Assembly: GCA_963781885.1 (NCBI GenBank)
Contig: CAWAHW010000002.1
Coordinates: forward strand, 147,119-211,118
DNA from: an uncultured Spirochaetota bacterium
GTDB lineage: Bacteria; Spirochaetota; Spirochaetia; SZUA-6; Fen-1364
Direction: 5' to 3'
Length of the DNA: 64,000 nucleotides
Shown: in pieces, positions 1 through 9,122 of the stretch
Layout: each line of letters begins with the position of its first letter
How positions within the stretch are numbered: the first letter of the stretch is position 1
Notes under the pieces: generated by a model
What the model was told of the DNA's origin: nothing
Database searches by the model: none
Seen by the model: only the letters and a program-made list of their open reading frames with translations
Made by a program: the position numbers and the translations under genes

Positions 1-216
1 TCCATGGACGTGATTTCCGCCTGCGTCCTGGGCGGCGTATCGCTCTCGGGTGGCGTGGGGACGCTCAGCGGCACGATCATCGGTGTGCTGATCATGGGCT
101 CCGTCCAGAATGCCATGAATCTTCTCAATATCCCGACCTTCTACCAGTACATCCTGCGCGGCTTCATCCTTCTCCTCGCCGTGCTTCTCGACCAGTTCAA
201 ACGCAGGAGCAAGTAG
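1..216 (+). CDS. sugar-type ABC transporter permease, C-terminal fragment (gene begins upstream of the window)
   Basis: The frame is open from base 1. Hydrophobic TM-rich tail ending LLAVLLDQFKRRSK is typical of RbsC/AraH-type permeases. Confidence 0.6.
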   Translation, partial: SMDVISACVLGGVSLSGGVGTLSGTIIGVLIMGSVQNAMNLLNIPTFYQYILRGFILLLAVLLDQFKRRSK

Positions 217-230
217 CCGCCGCGCCGCAA

Positions 231-281
231 CGTGCACGAATGTGCACGTCGACTATTGACGAGCGTGGCGCCACGTGCACG
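231..281. repeat. three copies of a palindromic GTGCAC (CGTGCACG) motif in the permease-ATPase intergenic gap
   Basis: cgtgcacg at 231-238, gtgcacg at 242-248, cgtgcacg at 274-281. Confidence 0.35.
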
Positions 282-457
282 ACGTCCTGGGCAGCGCGAC
301 TGGGGCACATTCTATTTGCTTACCATGAATGCAGTTGACTCATTTTCCCCGCGCGCTGCCCTTGGTACGCCGCTTGCACCATGAGCAGCGAGGCCCGGAA
401 CGGCTCGAGGAGGCTCAGGCGGTGGCGACGGCAGGCGACTACAAGACAGCAATCCGC

Positions 458-1209
458 ATGGAAGGCATCGAGAAGTACTTCGGCAATGTCGCGGCGTTGC
501 GCGGCATCAACCTGGAGGTCGGCAGGGACGAGGTCATCGGGTTGATCGGCGACAACGGGGCAGGAAAGTCCACGCTGATCAAGATCATGACGGGTGTCTT
601 CCCCCCACCTCGGGTGCAATGTACCTGCGCGACCAGCCCGTATCCTTCTCGGGCTATAGCGTCCGTGAGGCGCACAAGCGCGGCATCGAGACGGTCTACC
701 AGGACAAGTCACTCGGGGAGAAGCAGGTCCTCTGGAGGAACTTCTTCATCGGTCGGGAGATCACGCTCCCCTTCGGCTTCATCGACGTGAAGAAGGAAAA
801 GAAGATCGCCCAGGGCATCATGGTGGATACCATCGGGTTCCGCGGCAAGGGCATCACCGTGGAGTCGCGCGCAAGCAAGCTCTCCGGCGGCGAGCGCCAG
901 GGCGTGGCCATCGGCCGCGCCATGCATTTCGAGGCGGACCTGATCATCCTGGATGAGCCCACGGTGGCCCTCTCCCTGAAAGAGGTGCGCAAGGTGCTCT
1001 CCTTCGTGCAGAAGATCAAGGAGGCCGGCAAGGCCTGCATCTACATCACGCACGATCTGCAGGATGTCTACCAGATATCGGACCGTTTCATCGTGCTGGA
1101 TAGAGGGGAGATCGTGGCAAGCATCGCGAAGAACGAGATCAGCCTGAAGGAGCTGGACACGTTCCTGCTCGAATACTCGCACGGCCTGAAAGACAAGGTG
1201 CAGCCATGA
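458..1209 (+). pseudogene. ABC transporter ATP-binding protein, interrupted by a +/-1 frameshift in a poly-C run near 601-606
   Basis: Frame 2 gives MEGIEKYFGNV...GDNGAGKSTLIKIMTGVF (Walker A). Frame 1 continues PTSGAMYLRDQP...LSGGERQGVAIGRA...LILDEPT (signature and Walker B). The junction sits at ccccccacc. Confidence 0.8.
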
Positions 1210-2261
1210 AACACGGAAACTCGCGCTTCGCATTCATCGGGAAGATCGAGGGGCTGCCGATCGCGGCGGTGCTTGCCATCCTCTACGTCATCTTCATCTT
1301 CACCGCGCCGTCGGTCTTTACCGGATATCGCATCTACATGTCTTTCTTCCAGACCGTGCCGCCGATGCTCGTGCTTGCAATCGGCCTGACCTTCATCATC
1401 ACCGCGGGGGAGATCGACCTGAGCTTCCCCGCCGTCGTGGCGCTGTCGGGTTTCGTCTTTACCTGGGTTTTCAAGACCTACCACGCCCCATGGATCGGCT
1501 TCATCCTCGCACTCGCCTCGGGCGCCCTGGTGGGGTATATCAACGGGATCCTGGTGGCGCGCCTGCGGGTGCCGTCCATCATGGCAACCCTGGCGACGCA
1601 GTTCTTCTGGTACGGCGTGACGCTCCTGATCGCGGGCGGTCTCCAGATCAATATCGAAGAGATCCAGACCAATCTCATCCACACCGTGTTCGTCGGTCGG
1701 ATCTTCGGCGTCTTCCCCGCGCAGGCGCTCTGGTCGCTCGGTGTCGTGATAGTGTTCTGGTTCATCCTGAACCGGCACAAGTTCGGCGAGGCGATCATGT
1801 TCATCGGCGACAATGCCGACGTCGCGCGCGTAATGGGCATCAACGTCGAGACGACGCGGATCAAGCTGTTCACCATGCATGGCGTGCTCGCCGCCTTTGC
1901 CGGGCTCCTCCTGACGATAGAGATCAACGTCTTCTTCCCGACGCAGGGACAGGGCATGCTCCTGCCGGTCATGGCGGCTGTCTTCATCGGCGGCACGTCG
2001 ATCGCGGGCGGCCAGGGCGCCATCGTGGGCACCTTTTTCGGCTCGTACATCATCGGCTCCCTGGAAGCAGGCGTCGTGGCAACAGGCATCGGCGGCTACT
2101 GGGTGCAGCTCGTGGAAGGAGTCGTGATGGCAGCCTCCGTGATCCTCAACGTGATCATCGGGGACGAGGGTGCCGCCCTTCTGGCGCGGACCGCCCGCAA
2201 GTGGGCCGTGCCGGAACAGGCGCCGCCCGGCAAGGAGCCCGCGGCTCACGGCGATTCATGA
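1206..2261 (+). CDS. ABC transporter permease (RbsC/AraH-like, multi-TM)
   Basis: 351 aa with hydrophobic TM segments throughout. Its start overlaps the ATPase stop (ATGA). Confidence 0.85.
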   Translation: MKHGNSRFAFIGKIEGLPIAAVLAILYVIFIFTAPSVFTGYRIYMSFFQTVPPMLVLAIGLTFIITAGEIDLSFPAVVALSGFVFTWVFKTYHAPWIGFILALASGALVGYINGILVARLRVPSIMATLATQFFWYGVTLLIAGGLQINIEEIQTNLIHTVFVGRIFGVFPAQALWSLGVVIVFWFILNRHKFGEAIMFIGDNADVARVMGINVETTRIKLFTMHGVLAAFAGLLLTIEINVFFPTQGQGMLLPVMAAVFIGGTSIAGGQGAIVGTFFGSYIIGSLEAGVVATGIGGYWVQLVEGVVMAASVILNVIIGDEGAALLARTARKWAVPEQAPPGKEPAAHGDS

Positions 2262-2392
2262 GGAACAGGCGCGCCGTTGTGCGCGGTCTTTGAATCCTGA
2301 GCGAAAGGGGGAGGTGCAAACTGAGGCTTTCTTGTCTGCGGCCGCGCCGTGATGGCGCCGGCTTAAATACCTTTCTCAAGAAGGGGGAATCT

Positions 2393-3373
2393 GTGCGGAA
2401 GATGAAATGGGTCATTCTGGCTTTGGTGATCTTCGGGGCGCTGTTCGCAGCCCAGACCTGGGCGGCGGACAAGCAGCTCGTCATCTACATGCAGTGCGGC
2501 GGGACGCAGGGCGACGGCGCCACGCTTGCGCGCACCAACGGCGCACGGGCGGCGGCCGCGGCGAACAACGTCAAGCTGATCGAACAGTACTCCAAGTGGG
2601 ATCAGCAGACGATGATCGACCAGTTCAAGCAGGCCATGGCGGCCAACCCTGACGGCATCGAGATCATGGGCCACCCGGGCGAGGCAGCATTTGCGGCGCT
2701 CGTCGACCAGGCCGAGGCACAGGGCATCATCGTCACCAGCGGCAACAACCCGCTGCCGAACATCGAGGCGAAGTACCACGATAAGGGCTTTGGGTACGCG
2801 GGCGCCGATCTCTACCAGGGCGGCTACCTCACGGGCCAGTCGATGGTCAAGGCAGGCAACCTGAAGGCCGGTGACAAGGCTCTCGTGTACGACATCTGGC
2901 ACCAGGAAGGCCGCAGCCGCAGCAGCCAGGGCGTCTATGACGCGCTGGCAAAGGCCGGACTCATCGTCGACAAGCTCGACGTGTCCGCGGCGGTGGACAG
3001 CGACACCTCGCTTGCCATCCCCATCCTCACGGCGTATCTCCAGGCGCATCCCGACCTCAAGGCCATCGGCACCCAGCACGGCAGCGTGACCGCAATCCTG
3101 CCGAAGGTGCTCCAGGCGGCAGGGAAGAAGCCCGGCGACATCATCTGCGGCGGTATCGACCTTTCGCCCGCCACGGTAAGCGCCATCCAGGGCGGCTGGA
3201 TTACCGCCAGCTTCGACCAGGTGCTGTATCTCCAGGGATACCTCCCGGTCCTCCAGATCGTCCTCACAAAGCGCTACCTGATCCCCGGTCTGCACATCGA
3301 CACCGGCGTCGGCACCGTGACCCCGCTGAACGTGGCCACGATCAAGCCCCTCATCGACCAGGGAATCCGCTAG
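2393..3373 (+). CDS. sugar ABC transporter periplasmic substrate-binding protein
   Basis: Signal peptide MRKMKWVILALVIFGALFAAQTWA followed by a type-I periplasmic binding fold. It is the last gene of the importer operon. Confidence 0.85.
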   Translation: MRKMKWVILALVIFGALFAAQTWAADKQLVIYMQCGGTQGDGATLARTNGARAAAAANNVKLIEQYSKWDQQTMIDQFKQAMAANPDGIEIMGHPGEAAFAALVDQAEAQGIIVTSGNNPLPNIEAKYHDKGFGYAGADLYQGGYLTGQSMVKAGNLKAGDKALVYDIWHQEGRSRSSQGVYDALAKAGLIVDKLDVSAAVDSDTSLAIPILTAYLQAHPDLKAIGTQHGSVTAILPKVLQAAGKKPGDIICGGIDLSPATVSAIQGGWITASFDQVLYLQGYLPVLQIVLTKRYLIPGLHIDTGVGTVTPLNVATIKPLIDQGIR

Positions 3374-3393
3374 ACGGAGCATGTTTGTGTGAT

Positions 3394-3426
3394 GTGCCCC
3401 CGCGAAAGCGGGGGCACTTTCTTTTT
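3394..3426 (+). terminator. rho-independent terminator (perfect 10-bp GC stem, GAAA loop, T-run)
   Basis: gtgcccccgc gaaa gcgggggcac tttcttttt. It lies between two convergent operons. Confidence 0.8.
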
Positions 3427-3444
3427 CACGCGATCGATACGCCG

Positions 3445-4254
3445 TCACACGCTGATATTTTTTCTCTGGAACGACCACAGGGAGCCGCCCACCAGCGCGA
3501 GCGTCGCGGCAAGCGGCACGGCGATGTCGACGCCGGACAGCCCATGCTGCATCACGTCGGCGGTGTCGTAGTACGCGTAGAAGGAGATCGCGCGGAGCGC
3601 GTGGACGAACGAGCCGGTGGCCGTCCGCCCGAGCACGTCAATGAACCAGCTCGCGATGAGAAAAACAACCGCGATGGCCGCCGCATGCGACTTTCGCCGG
3701 GCACAGGTCGCGACGAAGACAGTGAAGGCGAGCACGATCAGCGTCCCCGGCAGGATGTACAGGCTCGCATCGATGATGGTTCGGGTGGCGATATGCACCG
3801 CGGGGGTGGCGCGAAGACTGAGGAAGATCGCGCCGGTGCTGATGACAATGACCCCGACGGCCAGAACGCCGGATGCGAGGAATTTCTCCAGCACGACGCG
3901 CCAGCGGGGCACGGGCATGCTGAGCAGCACGTCCATGATCCCCCGGTCTTCCTCGTTGGCCGTGACATTCAGTCCCATGATGATCGCGTAGACGCCGAAT
4001 ATGACGAGGATGATCGCGTAGTACTGGTTGTTGAGGAAGCCCGCCGGGGAGGCCAGGAACGCGAGATCCCCGCCGCCCACCATCTGGACGACGAACAGGG
4101 GCATTCTGGAAATCGCCTCCGCGGTCGCGCGCATGCCATTGGCATCCGGCACGGCGATGATGTTGAGGAGCGCGATCAACCCGATGCCGATTCCCCAATA
4201 GATCATCGACCGCCACCCGCGCCGCAGCGTCTCGAAGAATATCGCACGAGGCAT
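3445..4254 (-). CDS. ABC-2 family transporter permease
   Basis: 269 aa, 6 TM, paralog of the adjacent permease. It ends the ytrA-like operon. Confidence 0.8.
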   Translation of the reverse strand: MPRAIFFETLRRGWRSMIYWGIGIGLIALLNIIAVPDANGMRATAEAISRMPLFVVQMVGGGDLAFLASPAGFLNNQYYAIILVIFGVYAIIMGLNVTANEEDRGIMDVLLSMPVPRWRVVLEKFLASGVLAVGVIVISTGAIFLSLRATPAVHIATRTIIDASLYILPGTLIVLAFTVFVATCARRKSHAAAIAVVFLIASWFIDVLGRTATGSFVHALRAISFYAYYDTADVMQHGLSGVDIAVPLAATLALVGGSLWSFQRKNISV

Positions 4255-4264
4255 GCCGTCCTCC

Positions 4265-5074
4265 TTACAGGCCGATGTTCCGCCGCTGAAAGAGCCACGT
4301 GCCGCCCGCCATCAGCACGACCGTGACGACGCCCAGCACGAGCACATTGCCCCAGTCCAGGCCGTGGCGGATCACGGCCGTGCTGTCGTAGTAGCTGTAG
4401 AACGAGAGAAAGCGCAGCGTGCCGGCGAATGAGGCGCTCGCCTGGCGTCCGATGCTGTCGATGAAGTAGCTGCCAAGGATCACCACGATGGCGACTGCCG
4501 CCGCAACATTCTTGCGGCGGATCACGGACGTGAGAAGCACCGTCATCGCGATCACGACGAGGGTGCTTGGCAGCATGTTGAGGGTCGTTTCCAGCAGCCT
4601 GACCTGGTCGATGGACAATGCGGGCGATGCCCGCAGACCGATCCACAGTCCGCCGAAGGTCAGGGCGATGATGCCCGCGATGATGACGACGAAGGCCAGG
4701 AACTTTTCCAGCACCAGGCGCCAGCGGGAAACGGGCAGGCTCAACAGCACGTCCATGATCCTGCTGTCTTCCTCGTTCGCCGTGATGTTCAAGCCCGCAA
4801 TCACCCCGTAGGCCGCCAGGATGAGCAGGGCGTAGCTGAAGAAGATCATGTTCAGGAACCCCGTCGGCGTCGCCATCGAGGCGGCGTCCTCTCCCCCGAA
4901 CATGGCGAGCATGGCGGGCGGCACGCTTTGAAAGGCGCGCGCCATGTCCTTCAGCATGTCGGCGTTGGGGACGATCAGGGCCACCGACAATCCCAGCGCG
5001 CCGATCCCCAGCCCCCACCAGAGCATCTGCATCCAGTTGCGCCTCAGGGTCTCCTCGAATACCGCCCCGGTCAT
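4265..5074 (-). CDS. ABC-2 family transporter permease (paralog of 3445..4254)
   Basis: 269 aa with the same architecture and conserved ITANEEDxxIMDVLLSxPVxRWRxVLEKFLA block. There is a 4-nt overlap with the upstream ATPase. Confidence 0.8.
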   Translation of the reverse strand: MTGAVFEETLRRNWMQMLWWGLGIGALGLSVALIVPNADMLKDMARAFQSVPPAMLAMFGGEDAASMATPTGFLNMIFFSYALLILAAYGVIAGLNITANEEDSRIMDVLLSLPVSRWRLVLEKFLAFVVIIAGIIALTFGGLWIGLRASPALSIDQVRLLETTLNMLPSTLVVIAMTVLLTSVIRRKNVAAAVAIVVILGSYFIDSIGRQASASFAGTLRFLSFYSYYDSTAVIRHGLDWGNVLVLGVVTVVLMAGGTWLFQRRNIGL

Positions 5075-6024
5075 ACCGCCATCTCCGCGGTCGCGCGATG
5101 ATTGTTCTGCATGGCGGGCGAATCGCCGTAATAGGTGAGGAATATCTCTTCCAGCGTCGGCTCCTGGATCTGCATGTCGACGATATAGGCCGCGTCGACC
5201 GCCCGGATCAGAGGGTCGAAATCCCCCGTCAGCTTGAGGCGGAGCCTGTCGCCGCTCGCCGACACGTCCGTCACGCCGCTGAGGCCCGCCACCGCGCCAA
5301 GAGGCGCCGCGGCGCGGAACTGGAACGTCACCCAGCGGAAGTCGGTGTGCATCATGTCGCTCACCGTTTTCACCTCCTTGAGCTGCCCGCTGCGCAGGAT
5401 CCCGACACGGTCGCAGATCTCCTGCACCTCGTTGAGGACGTGGGAGGACAGGAAGACCGTGCAGCCGTCTTCCCGCGCTTCCCGCATGAGCTGGAGGAAT
5501 ATCTGCTGCATGAGCGGATCGAGGCCGTTGGTCGGCTCATCGAGGATGAGCAGCTCCGGCCTGCTCATCAGAGCGAGGATCAGACCGAGCTTGCGCTTGT
5601 TGCCGCTGGAGTAGCTGCGCACCTTCTTGCCCGGGTCGAATTCCAGGCGCTCGGCAAGGTTAGTGACGTATTTCATGTCCGGGCCGCCGCGCAGGCTGCC
5701 GACGTAGTGGATGACCTGGCGGGCCGTCAGGTTTTCCCACAGGCTGAGCTCGCCGGGGAGAAAGCCGATCCGCTTGTGCAGCGCGACGCTGTGCTGCCGG
5801 ACGTCCATGCCCAGGATGGAGGCGTGACCCGCCGTGGGACGGATCAGGTCCAGCAGAAGCCTGATCGTGGTGGTTTTCCCCGCCCCGTTCGGTCCAAGGT
5901 ACCCGAAGATCTCACCCGGCTGGATACTGAGGGTGAGGGAGTCCAGCGCGGGCTTCGCTTTTTTCCCGCCCCTGTAGACCATTGTCAGGTTGTCCGTCTG
6001 GATCACTGGCGTCCGTGTCATCAT
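5071..6024 (-). CDS. ABC transporter ATP-binding protein (YtrB-like)
   Basis: GPNGAGKTTT Walker A, YSSGNKRKL signature, LILDEPT Walker B. The start was chosen at MMTRTPVIQ (6024). Confidence 0.85.
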   Translation of the reverse strand: MMTRTPVIQTDNLTMVYRGGKKAKPALDSLTLSIQPGEIFGYLGPNGAGKTTTIRLLLDLIRPTAGHASILGMDVRQHSVALHKRIGFLPGELSLWENLTARQVIHYVGSLRGGPDMKYVTNLAERLEFDPGKKVRSYSSGNKRKLGLILALMSRPELLILDEPTNGLDPLMQQIFLQLMREAREDGCTVFLSSHVLNEVQEICDRVGILRSGQLKEVKTVSDMMHTDFRWVTFQFRAAAPLGAVAGLSGVTDVSASGDRLRLKLTGDFDPLIRAVDAAYIVDMQIQEPTLEEIFLTYYGDSPAMQNNHRATAEMAV

Positions 6025-6049
6025 CGCTCTCCCCCTTTTCTCCACCTGC

Positions 6050-7162
6050 TCATTGTTTTTGTCCCGATCCCGGTGCGTCGCGCCCCGGCATCGTGAAATC
6101 CTCAAACGGCTTTTTCCCTTTCGCAACGTCGTCTATCACCTTGCCCAGCGAAAGGTCCTGGACCGCCGCGGACGGCAGGAGCACGATCGTTCCGTTCTTC
6201 CGGATCCCCTCATAGGTGATGCTCATGCCGCGCAGCTGCAGGGCAGTCGGGTTGTCGCGATAACGCTTCGATGCTTCGACGTAGCTGTCGGCGACCTCCT
6301 GCTCCGCTTCCGCAAGGATGAGACGGGATTGCCGTTCGCGCTGGGCTTGTGCCTGCCGGGAGAGGGCATCCTCCAGCTCTTTCGAGATGACGATGTCGGT
6401 GATGCCGATGGAGAGGATCGTGATTCCCCACGGGCTCGTGCGCGCGTCGAGAAACTCCTGGATCTCCTTGCCCAGCCTTTCCTGCTCGGAGAGGAGGCTC
6501 GCCAAGTCGTGTTTGCCGATGGCGTTTCGCAGCGCCGCGTGGGCCGCGAGCGTCACCGATTCCAGATAATCCGCGACCTCCAGCGTGGCCTTTTCCGCGT
6601 CCCACACCATCCAGAAGGCGATGGCATCGACGCTGACCGGAACCGTGTCCTTCGTGAGGGTCGTTTCGTGATGGAACTCCACCACCCGGATGCGGGTGTC
6701 CATCAACCGGGCGGCCCGGTCGACAAGCGGCGCGATGAGGAAGACGCCCGGTCCCCGCAGGCCGGCAAACCTTCCCAGGCGGAACATGACGACCTTTTCC
6801 CACTGCTGGGCGAGCTGGATCGTCGGCATGAGGATGAACCCTGCTCCCATCACTGCGAGCGGTGCGAGAAACGCGTCGCCCAACGCCCAGCGCAGCGCCG
6901 CTCCCGCCGCCACGATGAATGCAAGATCGAGAATCCACAGCGGGAAGAAGTACAGAATGAGGACCGCGATGAAGCAGCCGAGAACAACACATCCCAGCGC
7001 TTCGAGCTGAAACGACGCGCCGCCGAGGATCGGGATCAGGGCGCCCGCCCCGACCGCGATCACGAAAAGGAGGAAACCCAGGCTGGAAAGCCTGAAATCC
7101 CTTTCCGTCCCGCGCCTGTCGACCTGACCCCCAGGGGGGAGCTCACGAGTGATGAGCGTCAT
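6050..7162 (-). CDS. SPFH/band-7 (stomatin-prohibitin-like) membrane protein with N-terminal multi-TM extension
   Basis: N-terminal TM helices, then an SPFH core (VMFRLGRFAGLRGPGVFLIAPLVD...) and a coiled-coil rich in AQAQRERQ. It overlaps the GntR stop by 4 nt. Confidence 0.8.
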   Translation of the reverse strand: MTLITRELPPGGQVDRRGTERDFRLSSLGFLLFVIAVGAGALIPILGGASFQLEALGCVVLGCFIAVLILYFFPLWILDLAFIVAAGAALRWALGDAFLAPLAVMGAGFILMPTIQLAQQWEKVVMFRLGRFAGLRGPGVFLIAPLVDRAARLMDTRIRVVEFHHETTLTKDTVPVSVDAIAFWMVWDAEKATLEVADYLESVTLAAHAALRNAIGKHDLASLLSEQERLGKEIQEFLDARTSPWGITILSIGITDIVISKELEDALSRQAQAQRERQSRLILAEAEQEVADSYVEASKRYRDNPTALQLRGMSITYEGIRKNGTIVLLPSAAVQDLSLGKVIDDVAKGKKPFEDFTMPGRDAPGSGQKQ

Positions 7163-7566
7163 AGGTTTCCTCCTGTCCTTTCAATTCTTCCAGATGTGAG
7201 ACGATTTCCCGCATTGTGATTCCGTACGAGGAGATCTTCGGAAATGAACTCCCGCACCAGCTCGGCCAGCACGCGCTCGCGCTCGATGTCGGGGATGTCC
7301 ACTTTCCGATTGCCGATGAAGGTTCCCGTTCCCTGTTGCGTCGCGAGGATCTGCCGGATTTCCAGCTCGCTGTATGCCCGGGCGACCGTGTTGGGGTTGA
7401 CCTGAAGCTCCACGGCAAGGCTCCGCACCGTCGGAAGCCTGGCGCCTGGTGCAAGCCGCCCGTCAGCGATTGCCATTTCAATCTGTAGTATCAACTGCTT
7501 GTAAAATGGCATGCCGCTCTTCGGGTCAAGTGTGAACTTCAGCCCTGCTGCCTGTTGCCTTTCCAT
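7159..7566 (-). CDS. GntR-family transcriptional regulator, YtrA subfamily (short, no effector domain)
   Basis: 135 aa with a winged HTH (RLPTVRSLAVELQVNPNTVARAYSELE). It is the first gene of the ABC-2 operon. Confidence 0.8.
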   Translation of the reverse strand: MERQQAAGLKFTLDPKSGMPFYKQLILQIEMAIADGRLAPGARLPTVRSLAVELQVNPNTVARAYSELEIRQILATQQGTGTFIGNRKVDIPDIERERVLAELVREFISEDLLVRNHNAGNRLTSGRIERTGGNL

Positions 7567-7587
7567 GTTGTCCTGTGTCTCTCCAGA

Positions 7588-7625
7588 TTGTATTAGTCTA
7601 TTAATACAATACCTATTTAATACAA
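7588..7625. promoter_or_regulatory. candidate YtrA-type operator: 9-bp perfect inverted repeat attgtatta-N6-taatacaat plus a third direct TAATACAA half-site
   Basis: Seen directly in the AT-rich divergent intergenic region just upstream of the GntR gene. Confidence 0.5.
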
Positions 7626-7671
7626 CTACAACAGAAGGTCAACTGTTTTCGCTCATTTTTTCTTTTTCCCC

Positions 7672-7716
7672 TTGACAATATACTCAGTACTGACTAAAAA
7701 TAGTCAGTACTGAGTA
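7672..7716 (+). promoter_or_regulatory. padR promoter (TTGACA-17-TAAAAT) embedded in a 36-bp perfect palindrome, a probable PadR auto-operator
   Basis: Arms tactcagtactgacta / tagtcagtactgagta with spacer aaaa. GGAGG RBS then ATG at 7728. Confidence 0.55.
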
Positions 7717-7727
7717 TTGGAGGATCG

Positions 7728-8285
7728 ATGAGTGTCCCTCTCTACATTCTCGGGCTTTTGCGGAGATTTGGACCCCAACACGGCTACCAGATAAAGAAAG
7801 TCATCAGCGAGGAGATTGCGGACTTCGCGAGAATCAAGCTGCCAACGATCTACTACCACCTTCAAAGGATGGAGGAGGATGGCCTGCTGTCCGCCGAGAA
7901 CGCAAAGGATTCCAACAGGCCCGAGCGTCGCGTCTACACAATCACCCCGAAAGGTCGGGCGGCCTTTGAAAAGGAGCTCGTCAGTCTACTCGATCTCACG
8001 TTCGAGCCTTCATTCGAATGCGATGCTCTCTTCTACTTTGCCGACTGCCTGGACGATGCCGACATCCTCGGCTCGCTCGAAGCCCATGCGCGTGCGATGG
8101 ACGCTGCACGGCAGACAATTGAGAGCCACGAGGCCATCGCCACGGAAGGCCTTTCCGCGGAGCAGAAAGCCTGGGCGTCGGTCATTTTTTGCCATCACAA
8201 GCTGCACGACCAGGCCGAGGCATCGTGGGCGCGCGAGGCGCTCGCCATTCTGCGCAACAAGAACTCGGGTAATCAGGAGGCATGA
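7728..8285 (+). CDS. PadR-family transcriptional regulator
   Basis: N-terminal PadR winged helix (GYQIKKVISEE...LPTIYYHLQRMEEDGLL...RRVYTITPKG) plus a C-terminal dimerisation domain. Confidence 0.85.
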   Translation: MSVPLYILGLLRRFGPQHGYQIKKVISEEIADFARIKLPTIYYHLQRMEEDGLLSAENAKDSNRPERRVYTITPKGRAAFEKELVSLLDLTFEPSFECDALFYFADCLDDADILGSLEAHARAMDAARQTIESHEAIATEGLSAEQKAWASVIFCHHKLHDQAEASWAREALAILRNKNSGNQEA

Positions 8286-8286
8286 T

Positions 8287-8945
8287 ATGACGAAGGCAAG
8301 AGTGCCGGAGACAAACAGCGGCATCCAGGGAACCGCGACCGTCGAGATCTATGACGCATTCGCGAGGAACATGAGGGATCGGGGCTACCTGCCCGTGAAA
8401 GAGTACGTGTCCCGTGGTCTCGCGGGCGGCGTCGGCCTGGAAATCGGTCCCGGGCCCGGCTACGTCGGTCTGGAATGGCTCCGCGCCTGTCCGGATGGAA
8501 GCCTGACCGGACTGGAGATAAGCGCCGACATGATCCGCGTGGCCGAGCGCAATGCCCGCGAGTATGGTCTCATAGACAGGACACGCTATGTCGAAGGCAA
8601 CTCCATGAGCATGCCGTTCACGGACGGCAGCTTCGATTGCGTCGTTCTCGAATGGCTCTCTCCACGAGTGGGAAAAGCCGGAGCTCGTCTTTTCGGAGAT
8701 CGTCCGCGTGCTGAAACCGGGAGGCATCTTCTGCGTGACCGATCTGCGTCGCGATGCCGGGCTCCCGGCGCGGCTTTTCGGTCTCATGGGCGCCAGACCG
8801 AAGGCAATCCGTCAGTGGATTCCTGAGCTCGCTCAACGCATCGTACACGAAGGCAGAGCTCGAAAAGCTCCTTCACGATGGCGGCATCGAGGCGGCAGTA
8901 GAGAGCAGTTTCATGGATGTGTCAGTGACGGGGAAGAAAGGCTGA
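8287..8945 (+). pseudogene. class I SAM-dependent methyltransferase, disrupted by two frameshifts (about 8650 and about 8818)
   Basis: Frame 1 gives LEIGPGPGYVGLEWL...FDCVV. Frame 2 continues SNGSLHEWEKPELVFSEIVRVLKPGGIFCVTDL. Frame 0 gives the tail LNASYTKAELEKLLHDGG. Confidence 0.7.
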
Positions 8946-9122
8946 AGCCCGTCCGGCGTCACGGGTCGGGGTGCCGGGCTTCGAGGGTCTTCACCAGCGC
9001 ATCGAGATCGGCGTTCCACCGGGTCTCATCCAGCGCGCCGAGCCCCCGGGAGAGTCGGGCGCTCTTTTTGCACTTGACGACGGACATCCGGACCGTATTT
9101 TCTTGTGAGAAGAGGTGACGAG

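Noticed and set aside
329-457. Upstream extension MQLTHFPRALPLVRRLHHEQRG... of the ABC ATPase ORF
   Set aside because: It has no ATPase homology before MEGIEKYFG, so the more likely start is 458. The upstream part is probably non-coding leader.
598-610. Poly-C tract in the ABC ATPase as a phase-variation (contingency) switch
   Set aside because: Ten other genes carry similar homopolymer-associated shifts, so systematic sequencing error is the simpler explanation.
1068-2249. 393-aa minus-strand ORF and a 267-aa plus-strand ORF at 1490..2293
   Set aside because: Both overlap the TM-rich permease gene. They are His/Asp/Arg-rich and non-globular, so they are spurious alternative frames.
2363-3478. 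371-aa minus-strand ORF
   Set aside because: It is antisense to the substrate-binding-protein gene, which has a signal peptide and a binding-protein fold.
3385-4326. 313-aa plus-strand ORF
   Set aside because: It is antisense to the ABC-2 permease. Its composition is Asp/Arg/Gly-rich and it has no hydrophobic segments or motifs.
5990-7219. 409-aa plus-strand ORF
   Set aside because: It is antisense to the SPFH gene. The Arg/Asp-rich sequence is low-complexity.
8959-9087. 42-aa minus-strand ORF (MSVVKCKKSARLSRGLGALDETRWNADLDALVKTLEARHPDP)
   Set aside because: It has no Shine-Dalgarno sequence and no homology, and it sits in a short convergent/divergent gap. There is insufficient support.
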